From assembly GCA_026389055.1 (NCBI GenBank), contig JAPLIO010000211.1, positions 1-35,041 of the forward strand: a stretch of 35,041 nt of DNA, in the 5' to 3' direction. The position numbers were made by a program, and so were the translations under genes. Below are positions 8,978-18,244 of this stretch, piece by piece. Each line of letters starts with the position of its first letter. Position 1 is the first letter of the stretch. The DNA is from Candidatus Melainabacteria bacterium (GTDB lineage Bacteria; Cyanobacteriota; Vampirovibrionia; Vampirovibrionales; JAJTHC01). The notes below the pieces were generated by a model that was given only the letters and a program-made list of their open reading frames with translations, ran no database searches and was not told the origin of the DNA.

Positions 8978-9604
8978 ATGCTTCGTTTAAAAAAAACTGG
9001 GTTTAAAAAAGGCTTTACACTGATAGAGCTGGTTATTGCTATGGCAATGATGAGCGTTATTGGGCTTTCCTTAGCAAACTTAAATGGTACTTTACTTGAA
9101 CAACGAGAAAGTGCAAAAACGAAAACCTACATTCAAGGGGTGATGAATCGGTTTTTGATGCAACTAAAAATAGAAGCAGGCTATGCAGAAACCTATACCG
9201 TAACGAATACGGCTAGCGCGTCTGTTTTGACCCTTAATATACCCAAAATTGATAATAGACCCAGTAGCACCATTACTTATACTTACACTAATTTTACAAT
9301 GGTTCGGACGCAAAGCAACACGGCAGACCCTGACCCCCCGTTGGATTTTACGACCATTACCGTTTTGCCTAACTATATGGAGGCAACTATTCGATTTACT
9401 TGTGGTAGTAGCACACCTGCCGTTAATTGTTTTGAAAAAGTGATTGTACCCAACCGAGGCGAGGCAATTAAAGTGGCTAGGGTAACGGTTGAAACCTTAA
9501 CGCCTGAAAACAGGCAAACGCGTATTACCGAAGCTTTTGGAGAGCTGGGGGTAACGGCTACGGATGTGTTGATATATAAGCCTGCAGGGATGATTATTCT
9601 TTAA
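8978..9604 (+). CDS. Prepilin-type N-terminal cleavage/methylation domain protein
   Basis: KKGFTLIELVIAMAMMSVIGL: canonical G/FTLIE prepilin peptidase site plus a hydrophobic helix. Confidence 0.75.
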   Translation: MLRLKKTGFKKGFTLIELVIAMAMMSVIGLSLANLNGTLLEQRESAKTKTYIQGVMNRFLMQLKIEAGYAETYTVTNTASASVLTLNIPKIDNRPSSTITYTYTNFTMVRTQSNTADPDPPLDFTTITVLPNYMEATIRFTCGSSTPAVNCFEKVIVPNRGEAIKVARVTVETLTPENRQTRITEAFGELGVTATDVLIYKPAGMIIL

Positions 9605-9629
9605 ACGTTTAATTGGCGTTAGGAAGCAT

Positions 9630-9675
9630 ACTAAAAAAGATGCTGAGACTTTAAAGTCTTAGCATCTTTTTTAGT
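9630..9675. terminator. Bidirectional hairpin terminator candidate between convergent genes
   Basis: ACTAAAAAAGATGCTGAGACT / AGTCTTAGCATCTTTTTTAGT, about 21-bp arms with one mismatch. A/T runs on both sides. It lies between the stop of the second pilin gene (9604) and the stop of rpsU (9700). Confidence 0.65.
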
Positions 9676-9699
9676 ATCAGTTTGCTCATCAAACGGGTA

Positions 9700-9885
9700 T
9701 TAGCGTTTACGCTTTCTTGCCGCTTGAGCTTTACGCTTACGTTTTAGCGAAGGAGGCTCGTAACGTTCACGACGTTTAATTTCGCTTAAGATACCCGCCT
9801 TTTGGATTTTTTTCTTGAAACGCTTTAACGCACTTTCAATACTTTCACCCACGTTGACTTCAACTTCAGCCATCATCATCATCAT
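9700..9885 (-). CDS. rpsU: 30S ribosomal protein S21
   Basis: [41 protein letters not shown] plus a basic tail is typical of S21. Start set at the ATGx5 run (9871-9885), 11 nt after GGAGG. The track start at 9897 lies between that GGAGG and the ATG run. Confidence 0.9.
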   Translation of the reverse strand: MMMMMAEVEVNVGESIESALKRFKKKIQKAGILSEIKRRERYEPPSLKRKRKAQAARKRKR

Positions 9886-9926
9886 TTTTGGAAACACCTC
9901 CTTTCAAAAAATTTATGGAAAAAACT

Positions 9927-9968
9927 AAAAAGCACTGTTCCTTATTGATAAGGTATTCAGTGCTTTTT
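9927..9968 (-). terminator. Hairpin terminator candidate between dnaN and rpsU
   Basis: AAAAAGCACTG / CAGTGCTTTTT outer stem with an inner CCTTAT/ATAAGG stem. T-run on both strands. Confidence 0.55.
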
Positions 9969-10014
9969 AACTAAGCTAACTAAGCTTAACCCAAAAACAG
10001 GCGTTCCGCAAGCC

Positions 10015-11151
10015 CTATTTCACTTGAACGGGCATTACTAAACAAAGATAAGCGTCTGGGGTGTCGGCATCTTTAAATAGGGTAGGTGCCAACGCACCGT
10101 TGGTTTCCATCAGTAAGTCATCCCCATCCATCACTTTTAGGGCACCCAACACAAAGTGGAAGTTGAAGGCAATGGTTAAATCTTCTGTGGCATCATAGTG
10201 AATAGGCATCATATCTTTAGAATTACCCACATCAGGCGTATCAGCAGCTAGCACCAATTGCCCTTGTGAAAGCGTCATCCGCACGATAGACGTGCGTTCG
10301 TTTGCCATAACGGCGGTACGTTCTAAGGCAGCGGTTAGGGCGGCTCTGTTCATTTTGGCTTGCAGTTTGCATTCTCTGGGAATGAGCTGCTCATACCGAG
10401 GATACTGCCCATCTAACAATCTTGAAACGGCATTAAAGCGTGTGGTAGAAAGGAATACTTGCCCATTTTGAATGGCAACTAAGGCGGTATCGGTTTGTTC
10501 GCCCGCATTGGTTTGGGCTAATTTCATAAATTCTTGCAAGGTTCTTGCAGGAATAATGGCGGTTACGGTTTCAGCCAACGTCAACCCTTCAAGCGATTCC
10601 TTCCGCCGTGCTAACCGAGACCCATCGGTTGAAACTAAATCCAACCCATCAGAAGAAAGCTTGAAGAAAACGCCCCCTAAAATGTTGTTGGTATCCGTTT
10701 TTGATGCGGCAAATTCGGTTTGTTTAATACATTGCACTAAGGCGGGCAGGCTTAATTCTATAGCCGTTGAAGAATCAATCACGGGGATAGAAGGGAATTC
10801 TTCGGCAGGTAGAGTTCGCATATCAAACACGGAAGACCCGCAAGAAATATGGCATGATTGAACCACAGGGTCAATTTCAAATTGAACCATGGCTTTACTG
10901 GGTAATTTTGCCAAAATTTCAGACAGTTTCTTGGCAGATAAAGTAGCCCTACCAGGAATGCTGATTTCGGCATTCAAGCTGGTTTGCAGGGAAAAATCTA
11001 AATCCGTAGCGGAAAGTTTCAGTGGGGCGGTGCTAGATTCGCATTCAATTAAAATATTGGCTAAAATGGGCTGAATAACCCGTGTGGCAGTGGCACGTTG
11101 GACGGAATTAACGGCTAGGTAAAAGTCGTCTCGTTGAACAGTAAATTTCAT
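10015..11151 (-). CDS. dnaN: DNA polymerase III beta subunit (sliding clamp)
   Basis: 378 aa. The N-terminus (MKFTVQRDDFYLAVNSVQRA..ILANILIE), length and three-domain layout are typical of DnaN. No dnaA lies upstream. Confidence 0.9.
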   Translation of the reverse strand: MKFTVQRDDFYLAVNSVQRATATRVIQPILANILIECESSTAPLKLSATDLDFSLQTSLNAEISIPGRATLSAKKLSEILAKLPSKAMVQFEIDPVVQSCHISCGSSVFDMRTLPAEEFPSIPVIDSSTAIELSLPALVQCIKQTEFAASKTDTNNILGGVFFKLSSDGLDLVSTDGSRLARRKESLEGLTLAETVTAIIPARTLQEFMKLAQTNAGEQTDTALVAIQNGQVFLSTTRFNAVSRLLDGQYPRYEQLIPRECKLQAKMNRAALTAALERTAVMANERTSIVRMTLSQGQLVLAADTPDVGNSKDMMPIHYDATEDLTIAFNFHFVLGALKVMDGDDLLMETNGALAPTLFKDADTPDAYLCLVMPVQVK

Positions 11152-11294
11152 AGACTAACAGAAGCCTCATGGTTTGGGATTGGATTCTACGATGAATCGC
11201 AAATTCGTGAACAAGTAGTTTAATAACGTAAAAATAGCATACCGCAACTTTGCTACTTCATCAAGCGTTTCTTTTTTGGTAAACTTTCTTGTAT

Positions 11295-13280
11295 ATGATG
11301 AATTTTAATGATATTCCACCTGATCAATCTGCTGCACCCCCTGCTGTTTTTGTGCCTCCCCTGCCGTTTCTGCAAGATTTACCTGTAGATTTGCCGATGA
11401 AGCTGGAAGTAACGCAAAAACGGCAACGCTTTTTAACCCAAATGGGGTTGTTGGCGTTAGTAGTTGTGTTCTTGTTTATGCTTTCTGTTAATATTGGGTT
11501 TTTAATGGCGAAAACAGTCGCTCAGCTGCCCAATGTTTCCCAATTGCACCATTGGAAGCCGACTGAAACTACTCGTATTTACGACCGTAACGGCACACTA
11601 ATTGCCAATATCAGTGGCGATGAAGACCGTATTGTCATGCCTATTTCAAGAATTTCACCTTACTTGCCACGGGCTATTATGGCGATTGAAGATAACCGCT
11701 TTTATCATCATGGCGGGGTAGATTTTAAGGGGACGCTTCGAGCCATTGCTTCTAACGTGAAGGGGGGCGATGTGCAGGGGGGGTCTACACTAACACAACA
11801 GTTGGTAAAAAACTTATATTTAACGCCTGAACGAAGCTTGGGAAGAAAACTAGCCGAAGCCTTATTGGCGTTACGCATTGAAAAAGTGTACGATAAAACT
11901 CGGATTTTGGAGCTGTACCTGAATATTGTTTATTGGGGCAACCACGCTTACGGGGCTGAAAAAGCAGCGAGAGTTTACTTCAATAAATCTTGTGCGGATT
12001 TAACCATTGCGGAAGCCACTTTGTTGGCGGGTTTATTGAAAGCCCCTGAAGGTCTTTCGCCTTATGTGTACCCTGAAGCGGCAATTAATAGGCAAAAAAC
12101 GGTGCTGGCGGCTATGAAAGCCCACGGCTTTATTACCGAAGCTCAATATCAGCAGGCGTACAATGAAAAACTGGTGTTTAACAGTGCCAAATCGGTTTAT
12201 CAGTATCCGTTTTTTGTGGATTATGTTCGGCAAGAATTGGCGAGTTATTTGGGTGAAGAATTGGTGCATCGGGGTGGGTTGCAGGTTATGACGAGCCTTG
12301 ACCCTCTTATTCAGCAAGCCGCTGAAAAGGCGGTTAAAACGGGCGTTGCTCAAACGCCTGCTGGCTCTCGGGTAGATGAAGCGGCGTTGCTTTCTTTGGA
12401 TGTGAAGGAAAATACCATTGCTGCCATGGTGGGCGGGTCTAACTATTCAAAAAGTCAATTCAACATTGCCACCATGGCTCAACGAGCACCGGGGTCTACG
12501 TTTAAGCCGTTTGTTTATTTAACAGGCTTTCGGTTGGGGCTGTTAACGCCAGATTCCATCATTTCAGACCGTCCGTTGGTGTATGGGTCTGGGTCTTCTG
12601 CTTGGCGACCTAAAAACTATGATGGCGTCTTTCTTGGCCCAATGAAAATTCGCAATGCCTTGGCGAAAAGTAGAAACACCACAACCATTCAGGTTGGGCA
12701 ACGGGTTGGCGTAAAAGCCGTATTGGAAACGGCAAAATTGGCGGGTATTACCTCTACTATTGAAGAAAATTTCAGTAGTTTATTAGGCTCTTCAGGCATG
12801 TCTCCGTTGGAATTGGCAACAGCGTATGCAACGTTTGCCAGAGGAGGCATCTACAAAAAACCCACGGTCATTTTGCGTTTGCAGAATAACCAAGGACAAG
12901 ATTTACCGTTGCCAGATGCGAAAGCACGCAAGGCGTTTGAACCTTGGGCGGCTGCCATGATAAATTCTGCGTTGCAGACGGTGGTTCGGGAAGGGACGGG
13001 GAAACCTGCACGGTTGGTTAGCCGATGGGTGGCGGGTAAAACGGGTACGACGGATAGGAGTCGAGATATTTGGTTTGCGGGATATACCCCTGATATGGTC
13101 GGTATCGTGTGGATGGGGCATTCTCGGAACTTGCCCTTGCGTGGGGTATTTAGTACCAATTGTGTGAAGGTTTGGGCGGATTATGCTAGGGCTTATTATG
13201 CGTTGCATCCTGTTGAACCTAAACCTTTTGATGCCTACGATGGCATGCCTCCGCTACCCGACCCACCAAAGGCTATTTAG
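11295..13280 (+). CDS. mrcA: Class A penicillin-binding protein (transglycosylase/transpeptidase)
   Basis: GT51 motifs EDNRFYHHGG and GSTLTQQLVKN. Transpeptidase motifs STFKP (SxxK), SRN and KTGTT. N-terminal TM segment. Start set at ATGATG (11295); the track start is a TTG at 11289. Confidence 0.9.
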   Translation: MMNFNDIPPDQSAAPPAVFVPPLPFLQDLPVDLPMKLEVTQKRQRFLTQMGLLALVVVFLFMLSVNIGFLMAKTVAQLPNVSQLHHWKPTETTRIYDRNGTLIANISGDEDRIVMPISRISPYLPRAIMAIEDNRFYHHGGVDFKGTLRAIASNVKGGDVQGGSTLTQQLVKNLYLTPERSLGRKLAEALLALRIEKVYDKTRILELYLNIVYWGNHAYGAEKAARVYFNKSCADLTIAEATLLAGLLKAPEGLSPYVYPEAAINRQKTVLAAMKAHGFITEAQYQQAYNEKLVFNSAKSVYQYPFFVDYVRQELASYLGEELVHRGGLQVMTSLDPLIQQAAEKAVKTGVAQTPAGSRVDEAALLSLDVKENTIAAMVGGSNYSKSQFNIATMAQRAPGSTFKPFVYLTGFRLGLLTPDSIISDRPLVYGSGSSAWRPKNYDGVFLGPMKIRNALAKSRNTTTIQVGQRVGVKAVLETAKLAGITSTIEENFSSLLGSSGMSPLELATAYATFARGGIYKKPTVILRLQNNQGQDLPLPDAKARKAFEPWAAAMINSALQTVVREGTGKPARLVSRWVAGKTGTTDRSRDIWFAGYTPDMVGIVWMGHSRNLPLRGVFSTNCVKVWADYARAYYALHPVEPKPFDAYDGMPPLPDPPKAI

Positions 13281-13285
13281 GGGGG

Positions 13286-14029
13286 GTGATACTGTTGGAT
13301 TCTGACATTTCTTCTTTTGGTGATTATTTGATTTTCGTAGATGAATCAGGAGATCATAACTTAGGAGCATCTATCGACAAAGATTTTCCCGTGTTTGTGT
13401 TGATGTTTTTGGTGGTTAATAAGCATGAGTATACAGATAAAATTGTCCCTGCTTTTCAAAAGCTTAAATTGAAGTATTGGGGTCATGATCAAGTCATTTT
13501 TCATGAGCGTGAAATAAGAAAGAAGACTGGTTATTTCAAACTGTTCGATCAGTACCCTAGCGTAAAGCACTCTTTTTATGATGATTTGAATGAGGTAATG
13601 GGTACGTTGAATTACCATCTTTTTCCTGTTTTGATTGACAAAAAGAAACATCAGCAAAAGTACACTGCCCCTGAACATCCTTATCATTTGGCTTTGGAAT
13701 TTGGGATGGAACGTGTTCATCGTTTCCTAAAGAGCAAACAACAAGTGGGCAATAAAATTTCTGTTGTTTTTGAAAGTAGAGGATTGAAAGAAGATAAAGA
13801 GCTGGCAGTGGCTTTTACAGAAAGATGCTCCTCCTGCGTTGGTTATGTAAACCTTTATAAAATTAACTATCAACTTGTATTCGCATCTAAGTTGAGCAAT
13901 TCTACAGGGCTACAGATGGCGGATTTAACCGCCAGACCTTACGGCTTAAACTACCTTAAACCAGAACAGACGAACCAAGCTGTTGATATTTTCAAGTCTA
14001 AAATCGTTGTTTCTAAACAGTTTCCCTAG
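13286..14029 (+). CDS. DUF3800-family protein of unknown function
   Basis: The N-terminal YLIFVDESGD motif and ~245-aa size fit DUF3800 as I recall it. It is clearly more AT-rich than its neighbours. Start is uncertain: GTG at 13286 abuts a G7 run, while in-frame TTG at 13295 has better spacing from that run if it acts as an SD. Confidence 0.65.
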   Translation: MILLDSDISSFGDYLIFVDESGDHNLGASIDKDFPVFVLMFLVVNKHEYTDKIVPAFQKLKLKYWGHDQVIFHEREIRKKTGYFKLFDQYPSVKHSFYDDLNEVMGTLNYHLFPVLIDKKKHQQKYTAPEHPYHLALEFGMERVHRFLKSKQQVGNKISVVFESRGLKEDKELAVAFTERCSSCVGYVNLYKINYQLVFASKLSNSTGLQMADLTARPYGLNYLKPEQTNQAVDIFKSKIVVSKQFP

Positions 14030-14620
14030 AAAAACCTAAAGGATCAGCAACAAAAGCAACTGATCCTCTATGTCGACCGAGATAACCTCAATCCTTATCT
14101 ACCATTATCGGTTATAACCAATCATTTGACAAGCATTTACACAAAAAATTTACATTGCTTGAAGGGTTTTTCCCTGTCGCAAGTACCTCTTACTGCACGG
14201 AGCTAGAATAGGGCGTTTCACTGCCACAGGGCAACAACGAACGCAAAAAGCAAGCCTTGAATACGAATCTGTATACGCAATGTCTCTCTCCGCTAAGGTT
14301 TTTTGATTAACAAACAAAGGGTTGCTTCAAAGTAACAATCGTAAAGCGAACCCTTGCACCACAAAAACCCTTGTGATATTGTGTAGAAACAAGTATTGCA
14401 AAATAGTGCCGTAATCACTCTTTTTGTTGTAAAGAATACCTGTTTAACTTGATTTGCTGTAAAAAGTGTCTACCCAACTAACATTTTAACAGCCCTTAAT
14501 TAACCCGAAGGCTCAAGTTTAACCGTATTCTATCCCCTATTTTTATTGGCTTGGTGGTTCTTTCGCCTTGCCTCATAAATACAAATTAAGCATTTTCTTA
14601 AAGAAACGGAGTACACCCTA

Positions 14621-15175
14621 ATGGCGTATGCAAACCCATCTAAACCAGCTGGTCAAGCAGCAGCAGACGATCAAAATAAAGAAGAATGGCAAGAACGCGT
14701 CATTCAAATTCGCCGTGTAACCAAAGTTGTTAAGGGCGGTAAGAAAATGAGCTTCCGTGCGGTTGTCATTGTTGGCAACGGTAACGGTCAAGTTGGCATG
14801 GGCGTTGGAAAATCAGGCGAAGTGATTGGTGCCATTCAAAAAGGTGTAACCCAAGCTAAACGCAACTTGCTAACGGTTTCTCGGTTTGGTACAACCATTC
14901 CACACCCTGTACAAGGTGATGGTGGTGCTAGCAGAGTCTTTATTCGTCCTGCTTCAGAAGGTACGGGTGTTATTGCGGGTGGTGCTGCTCGCGCAGTGCT
15001 TGAACTAGCAGGTGTTCATAACGTATTATCCAAGTCAATTGGGTCTAGTTCTCCGTTAAACGTAGCCAGAGCAACCCTTCAAGGCTTGAAAAAACTACGC
15101 ACCTTCCAAGAAATTGCTGACGCTCGTGGTATTTCAATGAGCCAGTTGTTGCACTTGCAGGCAACAACCAGCTAG
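14621..15175 (+). CDS. rpsE: 30S ribosomal protein S5
   Basis: [38 protein letters not shown] is typical of S5. An ACGGAG SD lies upstream. Confidence 0.95.
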   Translation: MAYANPSKPAGQAAADDQNKEEWQERVIQIRRVTKVVKGGKKMSFRAVVIVGNGNGQVGMGVGKSGEVIGAIQKGVTQAKRNLLTVSRFGTTIPHPVQGDGGASRVFIRPASEGTGVIAGGAARAVLELAGVHNVLSKSIGSSSPLNVARATLQGLKKLRTFQEIADARGISMSQLLHLQATTS

Positions 15176-15250
15176 TTTCACATTGGTAAAACCTTATTTC
15201 GTTTGTGTTAAATAACGCAACATTCAACTAAAATTTGGAGACTTTAAATT

Positions 15251-15442
15251 ATGGCAACAGAAGCCAAAAAACTAAAAGTAACCCTAACAAGAAGTGTTTT
15301 GGGTCGTCCTGAGAATCAACGTAAAGTGGTTAAAGCCTTAGGTTTGCGTAAAACAAACCATACGGTTGAACATGTGGATACGCCTATTATTCGGGGTATG
15401 TTAAATGCAGTAAGGCATTTGCTAACCGTTGAAGAAGCTTAA
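15251..15442 (+). CDS. rpmD: 50S ribosomal protein L30
   Basis: 63 aa. [28 protein letters not shown] is typical of L30, and it sits between S5 and L15. Confidence 0.9.
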   Translation: MATEAKKLKVTLTRSVLGRPENQRKVVKALGLRKTNHTVEHVDTPIIRGMLNAVRHLLTVEEA

Positions 15443-15462
15443 GTAACTCAAAAAAGAGGTTC

Positions 15463-15966
15463 ATGAAAATGTCTACTGAATTAAACGTATTAACACTAAC
15501 GGATATTCGTCCTGCCAAGGGTGCCGTTAAGAAAAAGAACAGGGTCGGGCGTGGTATGGCGTCAGGGTCTGGTAAAACCGCTAACCGTGGTAACAACGGT
15601 GAAGGTCAACGGGCTGGTCGTTCTTCCAAGCGTGGGTTTGAAGGGGGTCAAATGCCTTTATACCGTCGTATTCCAAAATTCCGTACATTCCCTCAGCCAA
15701 ATCAACGTATTTGGTTGGAATTGAATGTGGGCGATATTGAAAAATATTTGGTTAAAGGTCAAAAAGCCTTAACTTATCGTGATTTAAAAGCAGCGGGCGT
15801 TTGGCCTTCTGATTGCGATGGTGTTCGGTTGCTAGGCAACGGCGAAATTGCTAAAGGCGTTACGGTTCAAGCTCATTATGCCACCCCTAGTGCCACCGAA
15901 AAATTAACTGCTGCTGGCGGTAAATTAGACTTAGTTACTGGTGCTGTTTCACCATTACTGGCCTAG
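15463..15966 (+). CDS. rplO: 50S ribosomal protein L15
   Basis: KKKNRVGRGMASGSGKTANRGNNGEGQRAG is a typical L15 N-terminal region. An AGAGG SD lies upstream. Confidence 0.93.
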   Translation: MKMSTELNVLTLTDIRPAKGAVKKKNRVGRGMASGSGKTANRGNNGEGQRAGRSSKRGFEGGQMPLYRRIPKFRTFPQPNQRIWLELNVGDIEKYLVKGQKALTYRDLKAAGVWPSDCDGVRLLGNGEIAKGVTVQAHYATPSATEKLTAAGGKLDLVTGAVSPLLA

Positions 15967-16127
15967 TTTTCTCAAATTCTATTTAGATTCTTAAGCGTAG
16001 TAAAGTGTTAATTGTTATCGCTTTACTACGTTGAGTCTATTTCCTTATGAAGCCACTTGCTATAGAATGACAGAAGCGATAGTCTTTCCGCTTAACCGTT
16101 GTTTCGTTTTATTTAAAGGGGTTTGCT

Positions 16128-17471
16128 TTGAAATCTTCTTCTTCACCATTTAATTTTCTTTCACCCTTGTTTCAAAAAGATGCCGAAACAGGTAGGCAAG
16201 TTAACGACCTAAAACAAAAGATTTTCTTTACGTTAGGGGCGGTTGCCGTTTACAGGCTTTGTGCTCAAATTCCTGTTTGGGGTGTTAATCCGCAAGCATT
16301 AGCTTTGTTGCCCAAAAACAATGCTGTTTTGGGCTTTTTGGATTTATTTTCTGGCGGTGCGTTAACCAGTCTTTCCGTGGTTGCTTTGGGCATTGGGCCT
16401 TATATTACCGCTTCCATTGTTATTCAGCTATTAACGGCGGTTGTTCCTCGGTTGGAAGAAATGCAAAAAGATGAAGGCGAAGCTGGCAGAAGACAGTTAG
16501 CCCAAATTACAAGATATGTTTCGGTTGTGTTGGCGTTGATTCAATCGTTAGTTGTGGTAAAGTTGTTTGCTTCAAACCCTAACGTGCTTCAGCTGGGCGT
16601 TGAACCCACTGTTTTCTATGTGTTGGCTACAACTGCTTTGGTTGCGGGTTCACTGTTTACCTTGTGGCTTTCAGAATTAATAACGGAAAAAGGCATCGGT
16701 AACGGTAGTTCGATGTTGATTTTTGTGGGTATTTTGGCTGGCTTGCCCTTTTATGCAGCTCAAACCGCCCAATTGGTGGAAGGAGATCCTCAACGGTCGT
16801 TTTCATTAGTCGTATTATTGGCTATTTATTTGGCGATGATGGTGGCTATTATCATCTTGCAAGAAGCCGTTCGTAAAGTGTTTATTGTGCAAGCCAAACG
16901 GTCTGTTGGGTCTAAGCAATATGGGGCAGGCACTTCGTTTATCCCCTTTAAAATTAACCCTGCTGGCGTTATGCCAATCATTTTCACCTTTGCGTTATTG
17001 GCGTTTCCACAAACCTTAGTGGGTTTAATTATGGCAACCCACCCCAAAGGATGGATTTTAGACGCCATTCAATGGTTGAATTTTTCACCTGGGTCGTTTT
17101 GGTTTATGGGTGTGCAGTTTGCGTTGATTATTTTCTTCTCTTACTTCTATTCATCCATTAACCCTAGTATGCAGCCCAAAGAAATTGCTACTAGCCTGAA
17201 GAAGTACGGTAATGCTATTCCGGGTGTGAAACCTGGGGTGCCTACGGGCGACTATCTCTCGGTTATTCTGAACAGAATCATCTTTATTGGGGCGGTTTTC
17301 TTAGCTATTATTACCTTAGTGGCAAGTTCCGCAACCAGTTTTACGGGTATTTCAACCTTGGCAGGCTTAGGCTCTACCGCACTAATTATTATGGTGGGTG
17401 TGGCGTTGGATACCATGAATCAAATTAAAGTTCACTTAATGGTGAAGCACTATGAAGGATTTTTAAAATAA
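16128..17471 (+). CDS. secY: Preprotein translocase subunit SecY
   Basis: 447 aa and multi-TM, with KIFFTLGAVAVYRLCAQIPVWGV and GIGPYITASIVIQLL motifs. TTG start 8 nt after AAGGGG. No in-frame ATG fits the conserved N-terminus. Confidence 0.93.
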   Translation: MKSSSSPFNFLSPLFQKDAETGRQVNDLKQKIFFTLGAVAVYRLCAQIPVWGVNPQALALLPKNNAVLGFLDLFSGGALTSLSVVALGIGPYITASIVIQLLTAVVPRLEEMQKDEGEAGRRQLAQITRYVSVVLALIQSLVVVKLFASNPNVLQLGVEPTVFYVLATTALVAGSLFTLWLSELITEKGIGNGSSMLIFVGILAGLPFYAAQTAQLVEGDPQRSFSLVVLLAIYLAMMVAIIILQEAVRKVFIVQAKRSVGSKQYGAGTSFIPFKINPAGVMPIIFTFALLAFPQTLVGLIMATHPKGWILDAIQWLNFSPGSFWFMGVQFALIIFFSYFYSSINPSMQPKEIATSLKKYGNAIPGVKPGVPTGDYLSVILNRIIFIGAVFLAIITLVASSATSFTGISTLAGLGSTALIIMVGVALDTMNQIKVHLMVKHYEGFLK

Positions 17472-18208
17472 TGATGACGACACAACAACCAGCGGATTTA
17501 TCTTCTGTTTTGTTTTTCCCCTTTATTGCTCCTCCTAATGGCGGAAAAGGGACACAAACCTCTTTGTTGGCAACCCGTTATGGCATGCCTCGAGTTGATA
17601 TGGGGTCTTTATTAAGAGCCATTGCCAAAGAAAACTCTCCGCTTGGGTTGAAAGTGCAAGAACGCTTGGCACAAGCCCAGTTGGTGGATATTGGTATTGT
17701 GATTGATGTACTGAAAGATGGCATTGAAAAACAACTCAAAGCCAATCCGCCTCAAGCAGGGCAACCGCTAGGGTTCATTTTAGATGGATTCCCTCGCAAT
17801 GTAGAGCAAACCGAAGCCTTGATGACAATGTGCCAAGCAACAGGTGCGAAGTTAGCGGCGGCTATTTATCTGAATGTGCCCAATGAAGCGATTGTGGAAC
17901 GGGCTGCGAATCGGCGTATTTGTGCAGATTGCGGAGCGATTTATAACCTAGCCTCTAAACCACCAGCAAAACCTGATGTTTGCGATGTTTGCGGTGGCGT
18001 TCACCTTGAACACCGTGGCGATGACCAACCTGAAAAAGTGCAAATTCGCTTAGCAGGTTACGCCCTTGAAACCGTGCCTGTTTTAACCTATTTTGAAAAT
18101 AAGGGCTTGCTCAAAACCATCAATGGCGATGCACCAGTAGCACAAATCAGTGAGGAATTATGCACGCTGATGGACACCTACTTGCAACCATCTTCCGTTA
18201 CAGTTTAA
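17471..18208 (+). CDS. adk: Adenylate kinase, zinc-lid type, with an N-terminal extension and atypical P-loop
   Basis: GGKGTQ, DGFPRN and a 4-Cys lid (CADCG...CDVCGG). The ATGATG start overlaps the secY stop by 1 nt (TAATG). Confidence 0.88.
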   Translation: MMTTQQPADLSSVLFFPFIAPPNGGKGTQTSLLATRYGMPRVDMGSLLRAIAKENSPLGLKVQERLAQAQLVDIGIVIDVLKDGIEKQLKANPPQAGQPLGFILDGFPRNVEQTEALMTMCQATGAKLAAAIYLNVPNEAIVERAANRRICADCGAIYNLASKPPAKPDVCDVCGGVHLEHRGDDQPEKVQIRLAGYALETVPVLTYFENKGLLKTINGDAPVAQISEELCTLMDTYLQPSSVTV

Positions 18209-18244
18209 TTATCAAACAAAACAGACGAGGAGTCTCCGCTTTTT

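Noticed and set aside
9969-9991. Short tandem repeat AACTAAGCT x2, and TAGT x3 at about 32987-32998
   Set aside because: Only two or three units in AT-rich spacers. Too short to call a functional repeat, and not a CRISPR array.
11152-11288. Possible replication origin next to dnaN
   Set aside because: There is no dnaA gene upstream, and I saw no cluster of TTATCCACA-like boxes in the dnaN/PBP intergenic region. The only near-match I noticed (about 5766) is inside nrdA.
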